Assembly (NCBI GenBank): GCA_905236925.1
Contig: CAJOQS010000162.1
Coordinates: 1 to 29,625, forward strand
From: an uncultured Lachnospiraceae bacterium
GTDB lineage: Bacteria > Bacillota > Clostridia > Lachnospirales > Lachnospiraceae
Direction of reading: 5' to 3'
Length of the DNA stretch: 29,625 nucleotides
Below the pieces are notes generated by a model that was not told the origin of the DNA, did no database searches, and was given only the letters and a program-made list of their open reading frames with translations. The stretch's first letter is position 1. Each line of letters opens with the position of its first letter. Both the position numbers and the translations under genes were made by a program. Below, one piece after another: positions 28,223-29,625 of this stretch.

Positions 28223-28295
28223 GCACCTTTAGCTCAGTTGGTAGAGCACCTGACTCTTAATCAGGGTGTCCAGGGTTCGAGCCCCTGAAGGTGCA
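28223..28295 (+). tRNA. tRNA-Lys (anticodon CTT), CCA not encoded
   Basis: GCACCTT/AAGGTGC acceptor stem, TAGCTCAGTTGGTAGAGC D-arm, CCTGA-CT-CTT-AA-TCAGG anticodon arm, CAGGG-TTCGAGC-CCCTG T-arm, discriminator A. Confidence 0.98.
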
Positions 28296-28303
28296 GTATG
28301 AAA

Positions 28304-28346
28304 GTATCGATTTTGAGGAATAGTCCTCGGGGTCGGTGCTTTTTTT
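28304..28346 (+). terminator. Intrinsic terminator after tRNA-Lys
   Basis: 16-bp stem GTATCGATTTTGAGGA-ATAG-TCCTCGGGGTCGGTGC (6 G-U pairs) followed by T7. Confidence 0.8.
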
Positions 28347-28414
28347 GTTTACCTGTTTATACAAGGTATGTTATAATTATGCGCGGATGCGGATAACGGG
28401 AACAAGAGGGCCCC

Positions 28415-29542
28415 GTGACCGGAACAGTGAGCTTCGTTGAACAGGGGAAATGGATGAAAACCGACTGGAAAGCGGCTTTTGCATACTGGTTCGCGCATTT
28501 TGCCACGGAACTGATATGCTTCTATACGATCTGCAGATTATTCGAAAACGGTGAATACTGGTGGGCCATAGCCATATTATATGATGTGCTCGCCTTCTTC
28601 CCTCAGGCCGTCTGGGGGCGTATATGCGAAAAGCATCCGGACTTCAGGCCGGGAGTTACCGGCGGTATACTGATGATGACAGGAGCTGCCGTCATGCTGC
28701 TTACGGCCGGGTCTATGAACGGGTGCATCAGGATCGTTACCCTGATGGGTCTTATCCTGCTGACGGTGGGCAACGGATTTGTTCATATCAGCGGAGCGCT
28801 GGCGACGATCAGGGTGTCGGAAGGACGTCTTTCCGAAAGCGCTGTTTTTGTGGGCGGAGGGTCCTTCGGACTGATAGCCGGCAAGCTCCTTTCCGGAGCA
28901 GACGGTATTTGGGCGATACCCTTTGTATTAATGACAGCGGCTGTCGTCATCATGGCTCGGACTGACCGCAATATCCGTAAAAGAAAAACCGAGAGCGGGA
29001 TCGATGTGTTTGATTTTACCGCATTTTCCTGCAAGCATGACCTTGCTGCGGATAGGGCTCCGGCTTTGATAGCTGTTGTTCTGACTCTTGTGGTGGCGGT
29101 TCGGGCCTATATCGGATACGGACTTCCCACGGCTTGGAATACGACTGTTGTCAGAACCATTTTTCTTTACATATTCATGGGTTCGGGGAAAATGCTCGGA
29201 GGAATCCTTTCCGACCGCTTCGGCGCGAGGTTGACAGGAATTGTCAGCTGTCTTCTTTCGGTTCCGATGCTGCTGCTTTCCGATAACATCATGTGGCTTT
29301 CGCTGGTCGGAGTTGCTCTTTTTTCCATGACAATGGCGGTAACGCTCGGAGGCCTGGTCTCCGTGATGCCAAAACACCCCGGAGTCGCGTTCGGACTCAC
29401 TACGATAGCACTTATTACAGGCTCTCTGCCTGTATTCATATATGGCCTTCCTTCGAGGGCCGTGTGCAATACCCTTATAACAGTAATGTCTGTTCTGGCA
29501 GCTGCCGGTCTGTTCTTCTCGCTGAAGAGGAAGAATGGCTGA
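28415..29542 (+). CDS. MFS-like multi-pass membrane protein, substrate unknown
   Basis: About 12 hydrophobic segments in two halves; GGILSDRFG.R is an MFS motif-A-like loop. Start uncertain: GTG 28415 or ATG 28454. Extended -10 TGnTATAAT at 28369-28377. Confidence 0.75.
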   Translation: MTGTVSFVEQGKWMKTDWKAAFAYWFAHFATELICFYTICRLFENGEYWWAIAILYDVLAFFPQAVWGRICEKHPDFRPGVTGGILMMTGAAVMLLTAGSMNGCIRIVTLMGLILLTVGNGFVHISGALATIRVSEGRLSESAVFVGGGSFGLIAGKLLSGADGIWAIPFVLMTAAVVIMARTDRNIRKRKTESGIDVFDFTAFSCKHDLAADRAPALIAVVLTLVVAVRAYIGYGLPTAWNTTVVRTIFLYIFMGSGKMLGGILSDRFGARLTGIVSCLLSVPMLLLSDNIMWLSLVGVALFSMTMAVTLGGLVSVMPKHPGVAFGLTTIALITGSLPVFIYGLPSRAVCNTLITVMSVLAAAGLFFSLKRKNG

Positions 29543-29547
29543 TATAT

Positions 29548-29624
29548 AAGATAACAAGATAACCCACCACCTTCAGGTGGTGGGTGCAAGCTTGCACGGT
29601 GCGGGGTTCAAGCCCCGTACCGTG
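29548..29624. repeat. Tandem 8-mer plus three overlapping palindromes (REP/IS200-IS605-end-like)
   Basis: AAGATAAC x2 (29548-29563); ACCCACCACC-TTCA-GGTGGTGGGT (29562-29585); GTGCAAGCTTGCAC (29584-29597); CACGGTGCGGGG-TTCAAG-CCCCGTACCGTG (29595-29624). The structures are certain; the mobile-element interpretation is not. Confidence 0.6.
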
Positions 29625-29625
29625 G

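Noticed and set aside
26520-28295. Prophage or island integrated at either tRNA
   Set aside because: No integrase, no duplicated tRNA 3' end and no phage genes inside the window.
29598-29622. GGTTCAAG loop resembles a tRNA T-arm
   Set aside because: The stem is 12 bp, with no D-arm or anticodon arm upstream; not a tRNA or a recognisable att fragment.

Overview
This window is the chromosomal replication-origin region of a Bacillota/Clostridia genome; gene order and protein style suggest Lachnospiraceae (inference). Left arm, minus strand, pointing away from the origin: dnaA-[oriC unwinding module]-dnaN-yaaA-recF-gyrB-gyrA, then the alpha and beta genes of a two-subunit Fe-S fumarate hydratase (beta truncated by the window edge). 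Right arm, plus strand: rpmH-rnpA-yidD-yidC-jag, mnmE-mnmG-rsmG, two perfect parS sites, parA-parB, two uncharacterised genes (DUF4446-like, DUF3881-like), a guanylate-kinase-like gene, yaaR-holB-yaaT-yabB(trmN6)-rsmI, then a more variable tail: zinc-ribbon membrane protein, tRNA-Arg(CCU), mntP, trmB, tRNA-Lys(CUU), an orphan MFS-like transporter and a cluster of overlapping palindromes at the right edge. Most content is conserved housekeeping. I found no CRISPR array, prophage, transposase or recognisable defence system, and I cannot claim a clearly new multi-gene system. Best leads: (1) a Gmk-fold kinase with altered base-recognition motifs in the genomic slot normally held by thymidylate kinase; (2) a sharp local T-to-A synonymous-site skew flip centred on the parS pair; (3) a DnaA with a divergent box-reading helix-turn-helix alongside all-imperfect DnaA boxes; (4) a membrane-anchored DUF gene translationally coupled to parB; (5) GyrA with Gly at the E. 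coli Asp87 position; (6) a triple-palindrome element that resembles an IS200/IS605/REP-type end. Family names were assigned from memory of motifs and synteny, not from database searches.
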